A program made the translations under genes and the position numbers. The notes under the pieces are model-generated. The model ran no database searches. It saw only the letters and a list, made by a program, of their open reading frames with translations, and was not told the origin of the DNA. Below are positions 34,663 to 50,315 of a stretch of 64,000 nt of DNA, in pieces. Origin of the DNA: Octopus vulgaris (lineage: Eukaryota); the NCBI GenBank assembly GCA_951406725.2, contig OX597816.1, positions 130,262,001 to 130,326,000 of the forward strand, in the 5' to 3' direction. Within the stretch, counting starts at the first letter, position 1, and every line of letters starts with the position of its first letter.

Positions 34663-37107
34663 TATGCATAAAGAGAATACACTGTTACTGATGTAATTTC
34701 CAACAAGAATCAAAATGTTCATGTAGAACTGCTCCTCTTTTTCTGCACACAAATATATCAAAGCATTATTTACATTCATTGTAACAAATAGTATTGGCTA
34801 ATAAATTTATAAATATGCACTATAGTACATTACAGCAATGATACAAAACACTGTTAACACAACCATAATTAAATATGAAACAATTACAATACCATCTTCC
34901 TCTCTGCATCCAAACACCTCTAATCACAAACAAATAAAAACCATCAATTTCTAAAACAATCTAATCACAATACGTTCCTCCTTGAGGCCAAAATCAAAAT
35001 TCTTTACAGTAACAAACAATTTACCATTCTTCCAATAAATAAATAATGCTCTAAATTTCAAACCTATCAGATCAACTAATAACTAATTACAAGCTTACAA
35101 ACTGAGAACAACTAAGTAAACACAATACCACCAATCATTTTCGTTGCATTCTGAGGGATCGAGAGAACATCATTTTAATGCATCATAAGACAACACACAC
35201 ACACACATGCATGTAAACACACAAATACATTCAATACACACAACATGTAAGCCGGCAACCTGCTTGAAGTGGTAGCAAACACAATCTTTTAAATAAGATC
35301 ATTAATTTCTTTTAATTAAACCTGTGGCACTATATATAGAAAAGGCGGTAAGAAGTTGTGATACATAAAACTTTCTCAAAAACATTTGTAGGGTAAATGA
35401 AATTAGTAGTTTTCAAGGAGGAACTAAAACTAGTTCATAGACTCAGGCAACAAGAAAATTGCCTTTTTCCCTGCAGCAGTTACTCCTTGAAGTCAACTAT
35501 TTGTTCATTGAATTTTTTATAATGAATTCTTAATTTTTGTTTCATTGAGAATTATTTTGGAGTAATAATCTAGAGCTCTTAAATCATAATCTTAATATCT
35601 AAATTAGTAAGTGCTCAAAAATTGTTCAACATATCTTTGTCTCTTGGAGTCATAAACAGGAAAGAATATCAAAACTTAAAACTTCTTTATTTATAAGATA
35701 GCACATTTCAAATTATAAATATGCCATTTGGAAGAAAGGTTTTTTTGGGCAATCATAAAACGCTACTTTTTCACTGTTACCATGACTACAAGGAACTACT
35801 ATTCCCAACTCAGCAACTACAAACCATTCTTGCTGAAAATTACCTGCTGCACTTAACTTTCTTTTTAACTTCCTTGTTTTTCTTTCCCCAAGCAAACATT
35901 TTAAGTAATGCTTTTTTTCCTTCTCAAGAATTACTTCACTGTGGAATGCCAATGTTGTTCATGGGTTCTTGTGATACTTAAGTGTTACATTAATCAGGCT
36001 AATGTCTATTATAATAAAAGAGCCTTTGAAGGCTAAGAATAATTCTTCTCATTTCTTAGACAACCTGATAAAATAAAAACATACTAAAATGGTTAGGCTT
36101 GTGCAAAGCATACGACTTTGTTAAATACCTTTCTTTCGAATTAATAATTGTAAATTTACTCTATTTGATCTAATAAAACCCAATAACTTTATTCCAATAT
36201 TTGATATCCACATATAAAGATTTTTTTTAAGAGAACACAAGCTTAATTTCTATCATGTGTTAGGTGAATCTACTCTTAATATACTAATATTTTATCTGTC
36301 CTGGTGTGAAGGTCAAATGGACTCTGAAGACATAAACTAAATTTAACAAGGTACAAACTAAATACTATAATATACCCAGTTCTTAGACAACTAAGGTAAT
36401 AATAACTTGTATATTTTTCAATAGAACCAAATGCAAAAACAGTTTGTCTCAAATATTTCACTAGCATCAACATAACTATCTGCAAAGGATTGATTCAAAG
36501 AAATGTGAATTGGAGAAGAACATAGAAGGGTGCCATTAATTAAAACATAAATAATAAAAAATAAAAGAAAGCAAAATGAAGATATGGTTAATTTGTTGTT
36601 AATTATCACTTGGGTAAAACACTAAGTTTCTTTAGAAACAGAAGGCACTGAAATAAAATGAAATGACTATCACTTGAATTATATGAAAGTGGGAATTGTT
36701 CTTCAATAATCTACAAGCACTAAGACACAAATATACTATGTTCCCATTCTTCTATCATTACTACAACCAACTCTACTTTTCTGAACTTGCCCATCACTTT
36801 GCCACCAATCTACCTGCCTTTTATTGATAAAATATGTAGATCTCTAAAGTGATGTCCTGATTGCAGGAGGAGAAAAAAGTAATATGCTAACAACTATCTG
36901 TAATTAGATGTCACAAATGACAGGTCATAAATGTATAGAAGAAAGATAACAAGAGAGGTAACTGAGCCCCGAGGTATCCCAAGTTGATAGAGGAAACTTG
37001 TGGACAGCATGATTAACACATGCTGCAAAGAAGGGTGGTGATAAGATTCAAGCTATTAGGAGTGAGTGGGCCCCTTGGGCAGACAACTTTGTCAGAATGT
37101 TTTATAA

Positions 37108-37197
37108 ACAAACTTGTGTTTCATGTGCTTATGATCTACTATTCCAGCTAGACAAATTTGTGTTTCGTGTGCTTTTGATCTACTATTCCAGCTAGAC
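37108..37197. repeat. 44-bp direct tandem duplication
   Basis: ACAAAYTTGTGTTTCRTGTGCTTWTGATCTACTATTCCAGCTAG twice, with 3 differences. Confidence 0.9.
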
Positions 37198-38976
37198 CAT
37201 TATCCTATCATCTTCAAGTACTCAGTTAACCATTTTATCACAGTTCTGTCAGGTAATTATTAGTGTCAGCAATGGCAACTATATACTGTGTAGTGTCAGT
37301 ATATAGTATTATCTGGCATACAATTGGCAGAAGTACAACCAAATAATTTATGTGAATGGGTAAAGAGAAAATGGCACAATGGTTGTCATAGATTATTTTG
37401 GTGTGAAACCACATCAAATTATTTTAAAGGTGCAACTGATGACATTTGAAAATCAGGTGACAATTGAATAAAAGCTTAACTACTTCATCTAATTGTTTTT
37501 CCAGATTAAACACTATAGCATATAGCTTCTTTCATTAACTCAGTTTATTTTCAACTTGCATGCAAACCATTGATCAGTATGGTCATCACTTATGACAAAA
37601 CTGCTTTCATGACTCATTTGCATTCAAATTTTCACTTAAATTTATGTTATCCATCCAACATCATATCCACATTTATCTTCTAAGTGAAAATGCTAAACAG
37701 TATGAAACATATATAAACATAGCACTGCTTACATGCATCTCATATTGTTTGTCTTTTATAGTTACATCTTTCCATGCTGTCATTCTTCTGTAACAAGTTC
37801 CTACATTGAAAATTGTCACTAAGTAACAAAATGTATGAACTACTTCCTGCAAACCTGGTGAGTAGTCTATGATTCTAAGTTTATGGATGCCAATGCCACT
37901 ATTTATACCACTATTATGGGTTCTAGATGTTCTTGCTACTAAACTGCTTATTTTTCCACATTTCAGACTTCTTTACTGCTTTTTAATTTACTCTCAATGA
38001 GAATTGAGAATCATACTCAGTCATTCAATATTTTAAAAGCATTGGTGGAATAACTTCTCAATGAACCAGACCCTAGTTTCACCTCTGCTTCATTTTCTCT
38101 TGAAATATTTTCAGAGTCTATTCATCACCATGTAGAGTTAATACTGCACAATAAAATAAAACATGCCATGTTCTGTAGGAAAAAAACCCCAGAAAAGTTA
38201 TATTTTTAAAGTCATACTACTTTTATTTTTCCATGATGGGATAATTTTGTAAATATGGATATTTACAGATTCTGGAGGAAGTGTATATTACAATCAAATG
38301 CCCTTAGTATTGTTAATCACAAAACCTTTTATGCCACCTTTTTTCCAGTTAGGCAAGAGAGAACAAGTAGGATAAGGTTAAGAACAAATTGAATTACATA
38401 ATTTCCTCATACCTATCCACATATAAACTGATCTCAATAAAGTAAAAGCATTGGAACAATTTTTTAACAGCTAAACAAACTAGGAGTTAATGAACTTTGC
38501 CAAACCATAAATAATTAAATTTATCATCATGGTGACAAATTCTCAATTGTTTTCTTTATGTTGTTAGTTAAACATGTTAACTTTTGCAATATCACTGCCC
38601 TCAACAGCAATGATTTTCTTGCTGAATATAAAACAAAATGGACATTAAGCAGACTTGAGTTATTTCAAGATGAAGGGAGTATATCATTAAAAAAAAAAAG
38701 AAAAAAGCTCTATTACTGAAAAGGAATAATTCATGCTAAAATTAGTAAATGTATATACTTAACAAAATAGATTTCAATGTTATTTATTAGAGGTGTGAAT
38801 GGAACAACTAAAACATTGTAGAAAGAATGACAAACTTCAATATTACCTTCTAACAAAATATAAATAAGTATAAATAAGTATATATATATATATACATATA
38901 AATCATTACTAAACAATTGGGATATTAAGCATTAATGTTTCAACAAACTAAGAGAATACAAAAAAAAAATATTAAT

Positions 38977-39330
38977 TCGGCTGATGCCAGCGCCGCCTAG
39001 ACTGATTTCTGTGCCGGTGGCATGTAAAAAGCACTATCCGTTCGTGGCCGATGCCAGTGCCACCTTGACTGGCTTCCGTGCCGGTGGCACGTAAAAAGCA
39101 CCATCCAAATTGTGGCCGATGCCAGCCTCGCCTGGCACCTGTGCAGGTGGCACGTAAAAAACATCCAATACACTCACGGAGTGGTTGGCGTTAGGAAGGG
39201 CATCAAGCTGTAGAAACACTGCCAGATCAGACTGGAGCCTGGTGCAGCCTTCTGGCTTCCCAGATCCCTGGTTGAACCGTCCATCCCATGCTAGCATGGA
39301 GAACGGACATTAAATGATGATGATGATGAT
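38977..39330 (+). mobile_element. 5'-truncated RTE-type 3' UTR, second subfamily
   Basis: GTGCCGGTGGCACGTAAAAAGCACC subrepeats and the CCATGCTAGCATGG...TTAA(ATG)n tail. Confidence 0.85.
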
Positions 39331-39740
39331 CAAACCATAAACTCTCTGTATAAATAGGTAATTAATATAAGATTACAAACTTATGAAGTCATATTTGTTC
39401 TTTGATTTCAAAACATGTCTGGAAATATGTAAGGAGCCTCATGTCAACTGTGTAAAATAATGCATGAAAGATAACATGGAATTATGTTATTCCTTTATTC
39501 CTTCTTTCTACAACAATTAGGAGAAAGATGAAAACAGTGTGTTCAACAAATTGTCCATGAAAAACAAGTTATTCAATTAATTCTATATATGTTTTAACAG
39601 ATATACCATCTTTTTTTTTTATGTTTAAAGTGTAGTTACATTCTACCTACAATGACCAGCTTTAGACTTGCCATATATAAATGTTCAGGGAGAATACTAG
39701 CATATACCATAACTATTATGAATATTCCCTAAGTGATCTT

Positions 39741-40118
39741 TTATTCGTTTGTCATTTGACTGCGGCCATATGCTGGAGCACTATCATGTGGAGTTTTAGT
39801 TGAACAAATCGACCCCAGGACTTATTTTTTAAGTCTAGTACTTATTCTCACAATCTCTTTTGCTGAACTGCTAAGTTACAGGAACGTAAACACACCAAGT
39901 GATGGGGGTACAAACAGATACAAAGATACACATATAGATATATACATATATAAACGATGGGCTTCTTTCAGTTTCTATCTACCAAATCCATTCACGAGGC
40001 TTTGGTTAGCCTGAGGCTATGATGGAAGACACTTGCCCAAGGTGCCACGCAGTGGGATTGAACCCAGAACCATGTGGTTGGGAAAACAAGCTTCTTACTA
40101 CACAGCCACACCTGTACC
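39741..40118 (-). mobile_element. Near full-length tRNA-derived SINE with internal (TA/TG) tract and CR1-type tail
   Basis: Minus-strand head GGTGTGGCTGTGTAGTAAG...GGTTCAATCCCAC; tail GTGCTCCAGCATATGGCCGCAGTCAAATGAC. Confidence 0.85.
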
Positions 40119-40260
40119 TTGTGATCTATACACCTGTAACAATTCCGCCCTCATACTGCAACATGTTTAGATATATGTCATAATCTGACCTGATACCAGT
40201 TGCTTGCCTGTTTAGATTTATTCTATTACGTACAAAAATATGTTTTATAAATATTCTAAT

Positions 40261-40308
40261 GGTGGTGCCCCAGCATGGCCTCAGCTCTTGAGTAAAAATA
40301 AAAAATAA
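40261..40308 (+). mobile_element. Isolated CR1-type 3' tail motif
   Basis: GGTGGTGCCCCAGCATGGCCTCAGCTC followed by A-rich repeats; matches 5865-5890. Confidence 0.55.
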
Positions 40309-42779
40309 TCATTTGCAGTAATTGATATTTGAAACTCAAACTTTTGCTTCTATTTTGAACCCTTAGCAAATAATTTACAGAAATGACTAAAACGCATACA
40401 ATTCAAAGTATTACTTTAGTTGGGGTATTATAAAATACTATAGATTGTCCTTCTTAATACTAGAATGAACAACTAAAGATCTGAGTTAAGCCAACTCCTT
40501 AAAATTGTTATAAGATATAAAGGAACAATTGCTTTCAAATATCAACAAGCAAGGATCTGTTTTGATGTAATTATATCAGTTGTCACCTTTTTTTTCTGAA
40601 CTTCCCCCACTCTTACTAATTCACCATCCAGATTTTCACCCCCACCCCACATATGACAAGTAATCTCATATACAAATGCAATTTATCATATAACATTTAA
40701 TATTAATAGCTTAGCACTCTTAAAATCAGCATTAAGGAACATACATCTAGCAAAAATTTATGAATTTTTCAAACCAAAAACAAGTTCCTCATTGGAATGC
40801 AAAAATTTCTCTTTAGAATCCTAAACCTCAACCCTAGTCAAGTGTTGCAGCATTAGACAATACTGACATTGTTATTCTGTTGTAGTTTACTTAGCTGTAA
40901 CTGTGAATATAACCATATGAACAAATCATTACAATCTATTTACCATTTTCTATAAAATGATATACTTAGAAACAATTATCATTCTTCAGGTTACCTTATC
41001 ACAATCCTAACTTATGTACTCAAGTCAACAAAACCATAGGTACTGCTTTTTTTAAATTCCATCTTTTATTATATTTAACACTGTCTGAGGATTGTTTTTA
41101 AAGCAAACTATGTGCACAAAGGAAAAAAATGCCAATACCAACTTCAACAAAATCATCAATATCAACATGGAATTTTGAAACTATCACCATCAACATTATT
41201 AGTATTAGGAAACTCAACAATTGTTTGAACACCAAGCTAACCCTTTTTCAAGATAGTTTGGGAAGTATATTTTCAAAGATCTTAAATTTGGAAAGCCAAC
41301 TCAATAGACTCTATTGAATCATTGACTGAATGTGCTAGTCTGGACTCGTACTCTACAAGAAGGTTAATAATTTGTGTTTTTAATTATCAGTGAATTGAAA
41401 ACTTGTTTGCTAAGAGAGATAAGCAAAGCAGGAGGTGAATGGTATAAAAATACAAAGCTGAAATTACTACAGCTAGCAGTAATATTGTTCAAAATAATAA
41501 TTAGGAAAAACAATTTGCAATTTTATGGAGACAGCATGGGGTGTGGTAGACCCCGCCACCACCACTATCAGACAAATTGCAAACTGGAATAGACCTTTAT
41601 ATAAATGAGAGTTTTAGTGCTAAGTATGTCTGGAATTGGCTTTGAAGGGAATTTCAGCGACTACCTAGAATAGACCAACTAAATGTAGAAAATAAGTTTC
41701 CAGCTTGGATTTTGCGTTCTTTCAAATGGTATGTAAAATTGCAATGCATCTCTATCAATGTATGGGTAGCATTAGCCTGGATTTGTTAGGGTTCAAATGA
41801 TTATCTAATTAAATATTCTGAAAATACTGATGGATAATTAGAATGCTAGAAAATATTAATGTCACAGCTTTGATATTATTTGTGTCAGCTTTGACATTAG
41901 TATATAAAAACCATACCATATGCTTTGAAAGTGCCAAATACCTTATGACAACAACTATTTGTTATAATAGACCATACGATGAACATTAATCATAATATAT
42001 ATATAATTATTATTACTTTAGCCTTGGTATATTGTTCAATACATTTTCATTTCAAAGTTTTTCATATGGGTGTACTTACCTAAATTTTTTAAAAATCCAA
42101 AAATTTCATACTTGAATTAGAAATGAACAAATGAGAAATACTGTGCGAAGAGGATGTTGTAGGTGAAATTACCTATCTACAGTTAAGTCATCTCAGAAAG
42201 CTTGAAATTTTTCAACCAAATGAGAAAGAAGCATGTTTTATAGTTAATCATATTTATTGATATGCCAGACGTTCTATATCTGAAGACGTAGTTCTTTCAC
42301 CATGCAGCCACCATTCACACACAGCAAGTTATATTTATAAACACCCTTTCAGATGGATTGTGTTGAAGTTTTAACATATTGGATCATTTCTAAAAACGTC
42401 ACAGACAAAAACGGGAACCATATATTAGGTTTCATTCTTTCCTGGAACAGAGTATTCTATAAATTTTAACCTTTTTGGAAGATAACTTCATAGTTAATAT
42501 TTCCTTAGACTTCTACTGTCTCAAACCAGTAGAATCTACAAGTAGAAAACAGTCTTTAAGGATAGGTAAATTTACGTTTTTATCTGTTTTATTTAACTGA
42601 AGGATGTAGTTTCCATATTCAAATGAGATCTAAATAATTCAAGAATCATGTCAGCAGTAGTCTGACAAATTCAAAAACAATTCACTTGCCATATTACATT
42701 ATGATCCATATTTTAATTAAAATTCGAATCAGGACAGTGTTATCTAGATTAAAAAAATATATCAAATTTCAATATCTTT

Positions 42780-45700
42780 GTCATACACGACTTTAGTTAC
42801 ATTTCTGTAATGTAATTTAATTCCGTTATAGAAAATATAATCAATTTTACCTGAAATCACGATACTTGACAGTCCACCCTTGTATGTGTGTGCGATAGAA
42901 AGGGGGTGTATTAGTGCTTCTGTCCGACTCTGCGACACATTGGATTATGAAAATATTTTCTATTTGCTTTTTACCCACAAATGTTACCTTCCACAACACC
43001 TAATAAGAGACAATCTCTTAACATTTATTTTCACCTTATTGCTTTCCAGTTCAAAGAGCTTACATAAATATACACAATCTTTATACAATAAAGATTCTAT
43101 TCATTCTAACTCCAACAATTTTCAACCACTCCTTGTCCATACACACAAGCTTCATTAATTCTATTGATATCCTCTACGTCTGCACACTTAGTAATTTTAT
43201 ATAATCAGCGACTAAGGTTAAAATCCGTATAATCATAAAAGATTTCAGTCAACATGATTTTCAAATATAAATACGATATAAGAAAAAATGGTAATTCCGT
43301 TGTAATGTATGGAAATATTTTCGAAGCTGAAAAATATTTCTTCAACTTTCAATTAAAATTGAAAAACAAATCACGAGTTTCTTCAAGACCCTTGTTATAC
43401 TGCATTAAAGACAAAACGCCAATTAGAAATACAATAAATAGATTGTATTTAACAAGAAAATAACCAGTAAAAACACTTGAATGTCGGTGTACACCTATAC
43501 ACAGCAACAGATAACGTATAGTAAATACAAAGAACATTAGTGTAAAACAAAAACAGCACAAATTCAATCGAATTGACAAATTAAATTATTACCAAGCTCT
43601 TTCAATGAAGGTTTTCGCAAATGTTTGCCTGATAAACGAGAGGAGATAATAATTCAGATTAAAAGGTAGTAGAATATTAGGTGTAGCAAGATTAAAAATG
43701 TTTTGTTGTAATCCTCAACTAAATACGGTTTGCTGGAAAGCTGCAAGAACAAGACTTGTAGAATTATTGCGTAAAGCGACCCTTCCTAATTCGAACGTAA
43801 GCTTAAATAGACCAAAGAGAGAAAGAATTGTAAATTCTGAGCTAGAATATATACTATATAGCGCAGATAATGATGATGGTGATTACAGGCCTACCTTTAT
43901 CAATTTAGTCTAAAGTTAAATTATTAGCAGCTTTCTTCAGCTGATCAGTCATAAAAATATCTTAACATATAAGATGAGGTTGAAGATGTGTCTACTGTAG
44001 TAAGCTGACGTGTAGAAAGCGGGTTTCACTAACAAAAGATAAAGAAAAGAAAATTGCTTTACAAGGTTGAGGAAGGAACAGGTTTTTTTTTCTTCAACAT
44101 CTCGTAAAAGCTCACCAAATAGTTAAAGCAATGGTTACTACAGCCAAATTAGAATTTTATACTACATATAATTATCGTTCTTTTCCGGGTGGGAGAAAGT
44201 ATGTGGATCTCTTGTAGACAAAGAAATTACGATTCCACCATAAATCAAATTAATAAAACAACAACAAAAACCGATTATTATTAAGATATAACACTGAACT
44301 GTTACATGACCCATGGGTTACATTTATTAATTATTATCATTTTCTTTTTTCTTTTGCTCTGAAGAGTAAAGTTATCTCTGAAATATTTTCTAAACACCAA
44401 AGATAAAAAATATTAAACATCGAAGACCGATTATGTTGTTGTTAACATATTTAGAGAGCAATTGTGGATGGCATGAACATAAAACTAGACACTGGCACAT
44501 CAAGAGATGTAAATGGTAGGGCTGTTATTTCTCTTGGTCGACACAATTCTATCTCAACAGAAAGACGATCGATGTTAGGATTAAGATAAGCGTTTAGTGA
44601 AAATTAAAGATGACCTTGACGTGCGTAGTAATCAAAACTTTAAACAGGAAAAGGTTTACTGAATTCGAGGGATATAATGGGCGTGTCTATCTGGAAGATT
44701 GCAATGTCTCAATGTTAAAAACAGCGACGAAATGTAATCTATTAAGATAGAGGCATAGTTATATACACGCATGTGTGTGTATCCGAATCGCTTTTCAGAT
44801 TAATCTGTACGGCTTAAGAAATAAAGTCAAATATGTTGCTAAATATGACCAGTATTCGTGACGAAGCCCCCACAAAAAACTAATTAAATGCAATATGTGG
44901 GAACTGGAAGCACCGACTGCTATAGTGACATGAAAAACACACACACATTTATATATGTATATATATACATATATATATGAACAAATGAGGGGAGGTCATG
45001 AAACATAATATTAAGTCTGATATCGATGATTTAGAAGATATACACAAGAGAGGGGCGATAACAAAAATTGTGACAAAAAAATAAAGCATCTACACTAAAT
45101 TAATTGAAGGTATTTAGGAAAAACCTAGTTTCAACACATTTTTTGTTATATCTCGTCATAACACTAGAATGATTGTCTATTTCAATGAAAAATATACATC
45201 GGTAAATACACAAAACATACGTAGAAATACATGCACAGAATAATTCTACACTGAATGGGACGGTAAGACGCAAACCGACAGGTGTCAGATTAAGAAATCA
45301 ACCATATACAGTAATAATTCTGAAAGGTGGCACCAACCTTTTGAGTTGATGTGATCTAATAAAGTACACAGCAATAGTCTAGTCGTAAGCAACGTCCCTG
45401 ACAGTTTATTTCTGCTCCACTAAGCGTTATCGTCGCTCAGCGAGGAATGCTCCAATCTCCTATACTACAACTCATCCAATATGGCTACCTAAAGATCGAA
45501 TAGTTACTTACTCTCGCTTCCGAAAGAGTAAACTACGGGAAATCCAGGCTTGTATACTCTCTATGTCGTTTGTCTTCTGTATCCTAGATGGATGCGCAAG
45601 AGCTTTAGTCCAGTTCCAAAATAATGAAGTATCTCGCCAACATGTAAAAAAAACAAACGTTGTCTGAGTGTGTGGCTAGGTATATATATATAGTTATATA

Positions 45701-46750
45701 TGTGTGCGTGCGTGTGTTAATAATAATCAGTGTCAAAATTGGTTCGGTCGACCCGTGGCAAATAATCGTGATGTCATTGACAGTAGTGACATCTAATAAA
45801 CAAAGAGAACCAAGGGGGAATAACTGGCTTTCCAAGTGATCGCCACCAATTTATACAACATTCTTCTAAAAGCAACTTGTGTGGGCCGAGCAAGTATAAT
45901 CTTCTTATCTTCTCTATTATATTTTACAATGAATGAAATTTATTTCAAAAAATTTTAAGTATTGCTGTCGTGTTTTTGAGGAGATTAACAATGTACGACT
46001 TGGAATCCGAAAGTGAAAAACCGGAAGAGACAACAATAAAATTGAAAAGAACTGAAAAAATGATAACACTCACATACATATACACGCGCCTGCGCATACA
46101 CCTCTACACTTAGCTATGTACATATACAGACTTGTATGTAAACACAAGCGAACATACATGCGTATATATATATAAAGCTATGCAAACAAAATTATGCAAC
46201 GCCACACACATATTTATTTCTCTGGTCTTTGTCATATGTGCACTTGATAAGCACACGTACACTGCCTTATGGTTCATAAGTTCGCTTTGCAATCACGAAA
46301 TTTCTGGTTCGATTCCACTTTGGAGCATCTTAGGCAAATATTTGTTATTTATAATAATGTGCCGATCCAAACCTTGAGGGAAATTTGCTACGTTCAAACT
46401 ATATTGAAGCCTTTCAAGTGAACTGTACCTGTAATTAAAAGGCCCAACCTTGTTGCACATTATTTCCCGCTGATTCTGCTTGAGAATTATAGTACCTGTA
46501 AAATATTCAGCCACCTCGCAAACTAATTCGAATGGGAAAGTAGTTCGGTTGGTCAAACAATGAAAGCCCATTGCCAAAATTGATAGAGATCCTATTTTAT
46601 TATGTACACAGCCACATGTACAACTAAACTAATATTCAAGCTTATTACAGACACACACATTCATACCTACAAACGAGTGAGGCTGCGTAAAGTCACTTGG
46701 TACACCAGAAGCAGCAGTCAAATGCTGAAGTCACACCCCGACTTTTTATG
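42780..46750. promoter_or_regulatory. CpG-retaining region, candidate promoter / first-exon region
   Basis: CG dinucleotides are visibly frequent compared with the CpG-poor flanks. ETS-like CCGGAAG at 46021. Minus-strand donor-like sites GTAAGT (45511-45506) and CAG|GTAAAA (~42850). Confidence 0.45.
46265..46580 (+). mobile_element. Decayed tRNA-derived SINE
   Basis: B-box GGTTCGATTCC at ~46306; the body resembles the other SINE heads in the window. Confidence 0.55.
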
Positions 46751-46989
46751 AACAAAAGGTCACACATAAGACAATGTTCTTAATCTACAAGATTGTCCTT
46801 GATTACGAGTCTGCTCAGTAAGGACTAATCTAGAACTAAACAACAAGAGAAACAAGCGCATACATGTAATTAGTGATGATAAGCAGGTCAGTAGTAACAA
46901 CATATGAGGTTGGAGGAGAAACAATCGAAATGGTTAGTGATATGGAATCAATTATATGGGTGGAGATGGAGAAATGAAGTAAAGGCAAG

Positions 46990-48180
46990 GACTAGGAAGA
47001 TGTAAGATACTCGTTAATACCTGTGGGTAAGGAAGAGCTTTGAGTGAATATTAGGGTTTTTTTCAGTGTTTGCAGGTGAAGTAGAAGCATAATGTAAGAA
47101 AACTCCACACACAGATGATCAAAGAAATGGATTGGTGAATTGAAATTGGGTTTTATTCCAAACCTCATGAAGGTTACTGTGTAAGGGATCACAAAACCAG
47201 TGTTTCTCATGAAGTAGGAGGTAGGGGTCTGAGAAGATTGAAAAGTGGGTTGGCAAATTAAAACCACCTTAAGAAAATCAATGTGCTTTTAAATTGCTTA
47301 ACGTCTCCAGCACCATAGTGAAGAAAGAGTTCTCCATCCATCTTCTTTGTTCACTATTCTTGGGTGGGGCTGGGGTTGTGTGAGTAGAATCTTCAGACAC
47401 TGCTTCCATAGACACTATCAGAATCAACTGTTATACTTTCTGGCTGGATCCCCAAGTGTTACCAACAGAGGCCATGGATATTATCCAACCATCTCATTAT
47501 TGGTCTACCATTAGGTCTCCTGCTGGTTGGCTCAGATTGAAGAGTTCATCATGTGGTTCTTCCCTGCAACATTCTAATCACATAGATGCAAATTCTATTT
47601 TGTCCTCTTAATAAAGAGATGGGAAGAGGGGCAAAAATATTCCTAGTATTTGAGTGGGGGCTGTGGCTGGTATTTGTCAGTTTGAGATGACTACTAACCT
47701 TAACAACCAGTCTCACTTCTGTACAATATATGAGGTTAGTGAAGGTACAATCCTAGTGGTTAGTGATATGAAATAAAATTTTTGGGCTAGTTATGAAGGA
47801 ACAAATGAAACTTACAAAACAAAAAAAATGTCAGAGTATCTATTATATGAAGGAGTGGTCAGGGAAATATGTGTTTCTTTTGAAAGGAGGGGGAAGATTA
47901 AGACATAGAAGAGTAGTTTAGTGGGTCAGAAATAAGGAAACAAAAGTTGAAGGTGTGACAGATTAGTAGGTGTAGAAAAGGGAAATCTATCTTTGGGGTG
48001 GGGGTGCATTTGAGGTAAAAGTGCAGAAGTTCTGTCAATGTCCTGAACTTGCTGGGGTCTGAAATTGATTGGAAAAGAAAATCTGAGTCTTTTCTAAGTA
48101 TGATATAGCCATCTTAGAGTGCAAGCAGGAAAAGTTGGAGTATGAGTTTGGCTTATAATGAATAAAGGTGAGTCATCACA
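46990..48180 (-). mobile_element. Possible highly decayed Penelope-like RT fragment
   Basis: Minus-strand remnants resembling the ADK and GRPI motifs near 47690 and 47500; many stops. Confidence 0.25.
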
Positions 48181-48459
48181 TTGAGTTCCCTACTAATTAA
48201 AGTTGGAAATAGATAATTTTTCAAAGTAAAGATTAGATTAGAATAGTTTATTTTTTAATAAGTCCATGAACAGTAATACTAATCAAATGTTGTTCAGTCA
48301 AATTTACATCTATTCATTGTCACTGCTGAAAGAGATTTATATAAGGTATTTTTGGTATGTTTTTCTCATTCAATCAGCTTTTCATTGTTGATCAATTCAT
48401 GCTTCTTTTCATTTGACCTGTAATAAAATTTTGTAACATCCTTGAAAATAACCAAACCA

Positions 48460-48680
48460 ACCATGAAGCTCCTGGTTGATTTCATAACCTACTAGAAACA
48501 ATAGCAATATCTCTTTCAAATTACCCTACTGTCTTTAAAAAGAAGGGCACATTGACAAATGATGTAGTCTTAGATGTATTGTTTATATAAGAGATGGGCT
48601 GGTCATGGTTGGAATGCTTTTGATTATAGATCTGCTACATTAAGCTACTCTGAGGCTAAATATCAACTGAATGACAACAA
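48460..48680 (+). mobile_element. SINE-like 3' fragment, same family as the 107-bp tandem unit
   Basis: ACCTACTAGAAACAATAGCAATATCTCTTTCAAATTACCCTACTGTCTT versus ACCTGGTAGAAATAGCAGCCAAATCTCCCTCAAATCACACCTTACTGTCTT. Confidence 0.55.
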
Positions 48681-48944
48681 AAGATGTCACTGGATGGAAA
48701 GGTTTCGATGTTGTACACAATCTGAAGATGTATCTTGAATTTCCAAATCTGAAAACTTCTCACAAGGTTTGTAAAATGTAATTTTAATAAAAAAATTAAA
48801 AAGTGGAATCCAGTTGTTTATATGCACAGTTTATCAATATAGAAATACAAAAAAATTCTTCTGTTGAATCTTTGTTTTTTTTAAGAATCTTCTCTATCTT
48901 ATATTGGTTATTTATTATTTCACCTTTTCGGAATACATTGATAT

Positions 48945-49155
48945 TTAATCCTTTAGCATTCACATTATCCTGTCATTCCCATTGTTTTGGATTAATCATG
49001 GATAGTCTTGTAGCTTTGAGAATTTGATGAGGTAACTGTTAATTTTCAGAATGATATTGTTGGGTTGGTGTGAGAAGCCACAACTGGCCAATTTGAACAT
49101 AAAACAGGTAGAATATTTCAGCCAGATATTGTTGGTTTAAATGCTAAAGGGTTAA
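48945..49155 (-). mobile_element. piggyBac-like MITE (TTAA TSD)
   Basis: TTAA-TCCTTTAGCATT ... AATGCTAAAGGG-TTAA; reverse-oriented homologue of 53544-53772. Confidence 0.8.
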
Positions 49156-49169
49156 ATAATTCTTTACTT

Positions 49170-49209
<40 letters not shown>

Positions 49210-49759
49210 TATATATATATAAATATATAAAAATAAATATTTACAATTTTTTAAAGATATATGTAATAATCATGTTTAGATATTAATCGATAGATGATTT
49301 ACCATGAAACATTTCCTGTGAACTGAAATTAATAGCAACTCTTTATTTTACTACTTGGATAATTTTACATTCCAATCAAACATGGAAAAATTACCATGAA
49401 GATATAAATGATTTCTGTTCAAATAATTTCATTTGCAGAGATGTCTTGAGAACAGATTTTACTTTTCTCTCATTACAAGACAAGATTCTCTTATAAGACA
49501 TCTTGAAATAATTATTCCGAGAAAATGATAAAATCCTAATAAATTCTCTTGTATGTAACTGTTTGCAGCATGCTCAGATGCTGACAAAAATCACAGTTTA
49601 TGCAAATATAAGTGAAAAAAATATTTATTTGCAATCAGATATAAACCCTAACAAGAAAAATATCTATATATTATGGTAACAAAAGAAAATGAATTATGTA
49701 AGAAACAGGTTGAATGTAAGCACATTTTAAAAGGAATGAATTTCCTGATGAGATATTGA

Positions 49760-50315
<556 letters not shown>

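Noticed and set aside
35713-36660. Short ORFs and acceptor-like sites on the minus strand (possible last exon)
   Set aside because: No recognisable protein, and stops follow the acceptors almost immediately. It could be UTR, but that cannot be supported from sequence alone.
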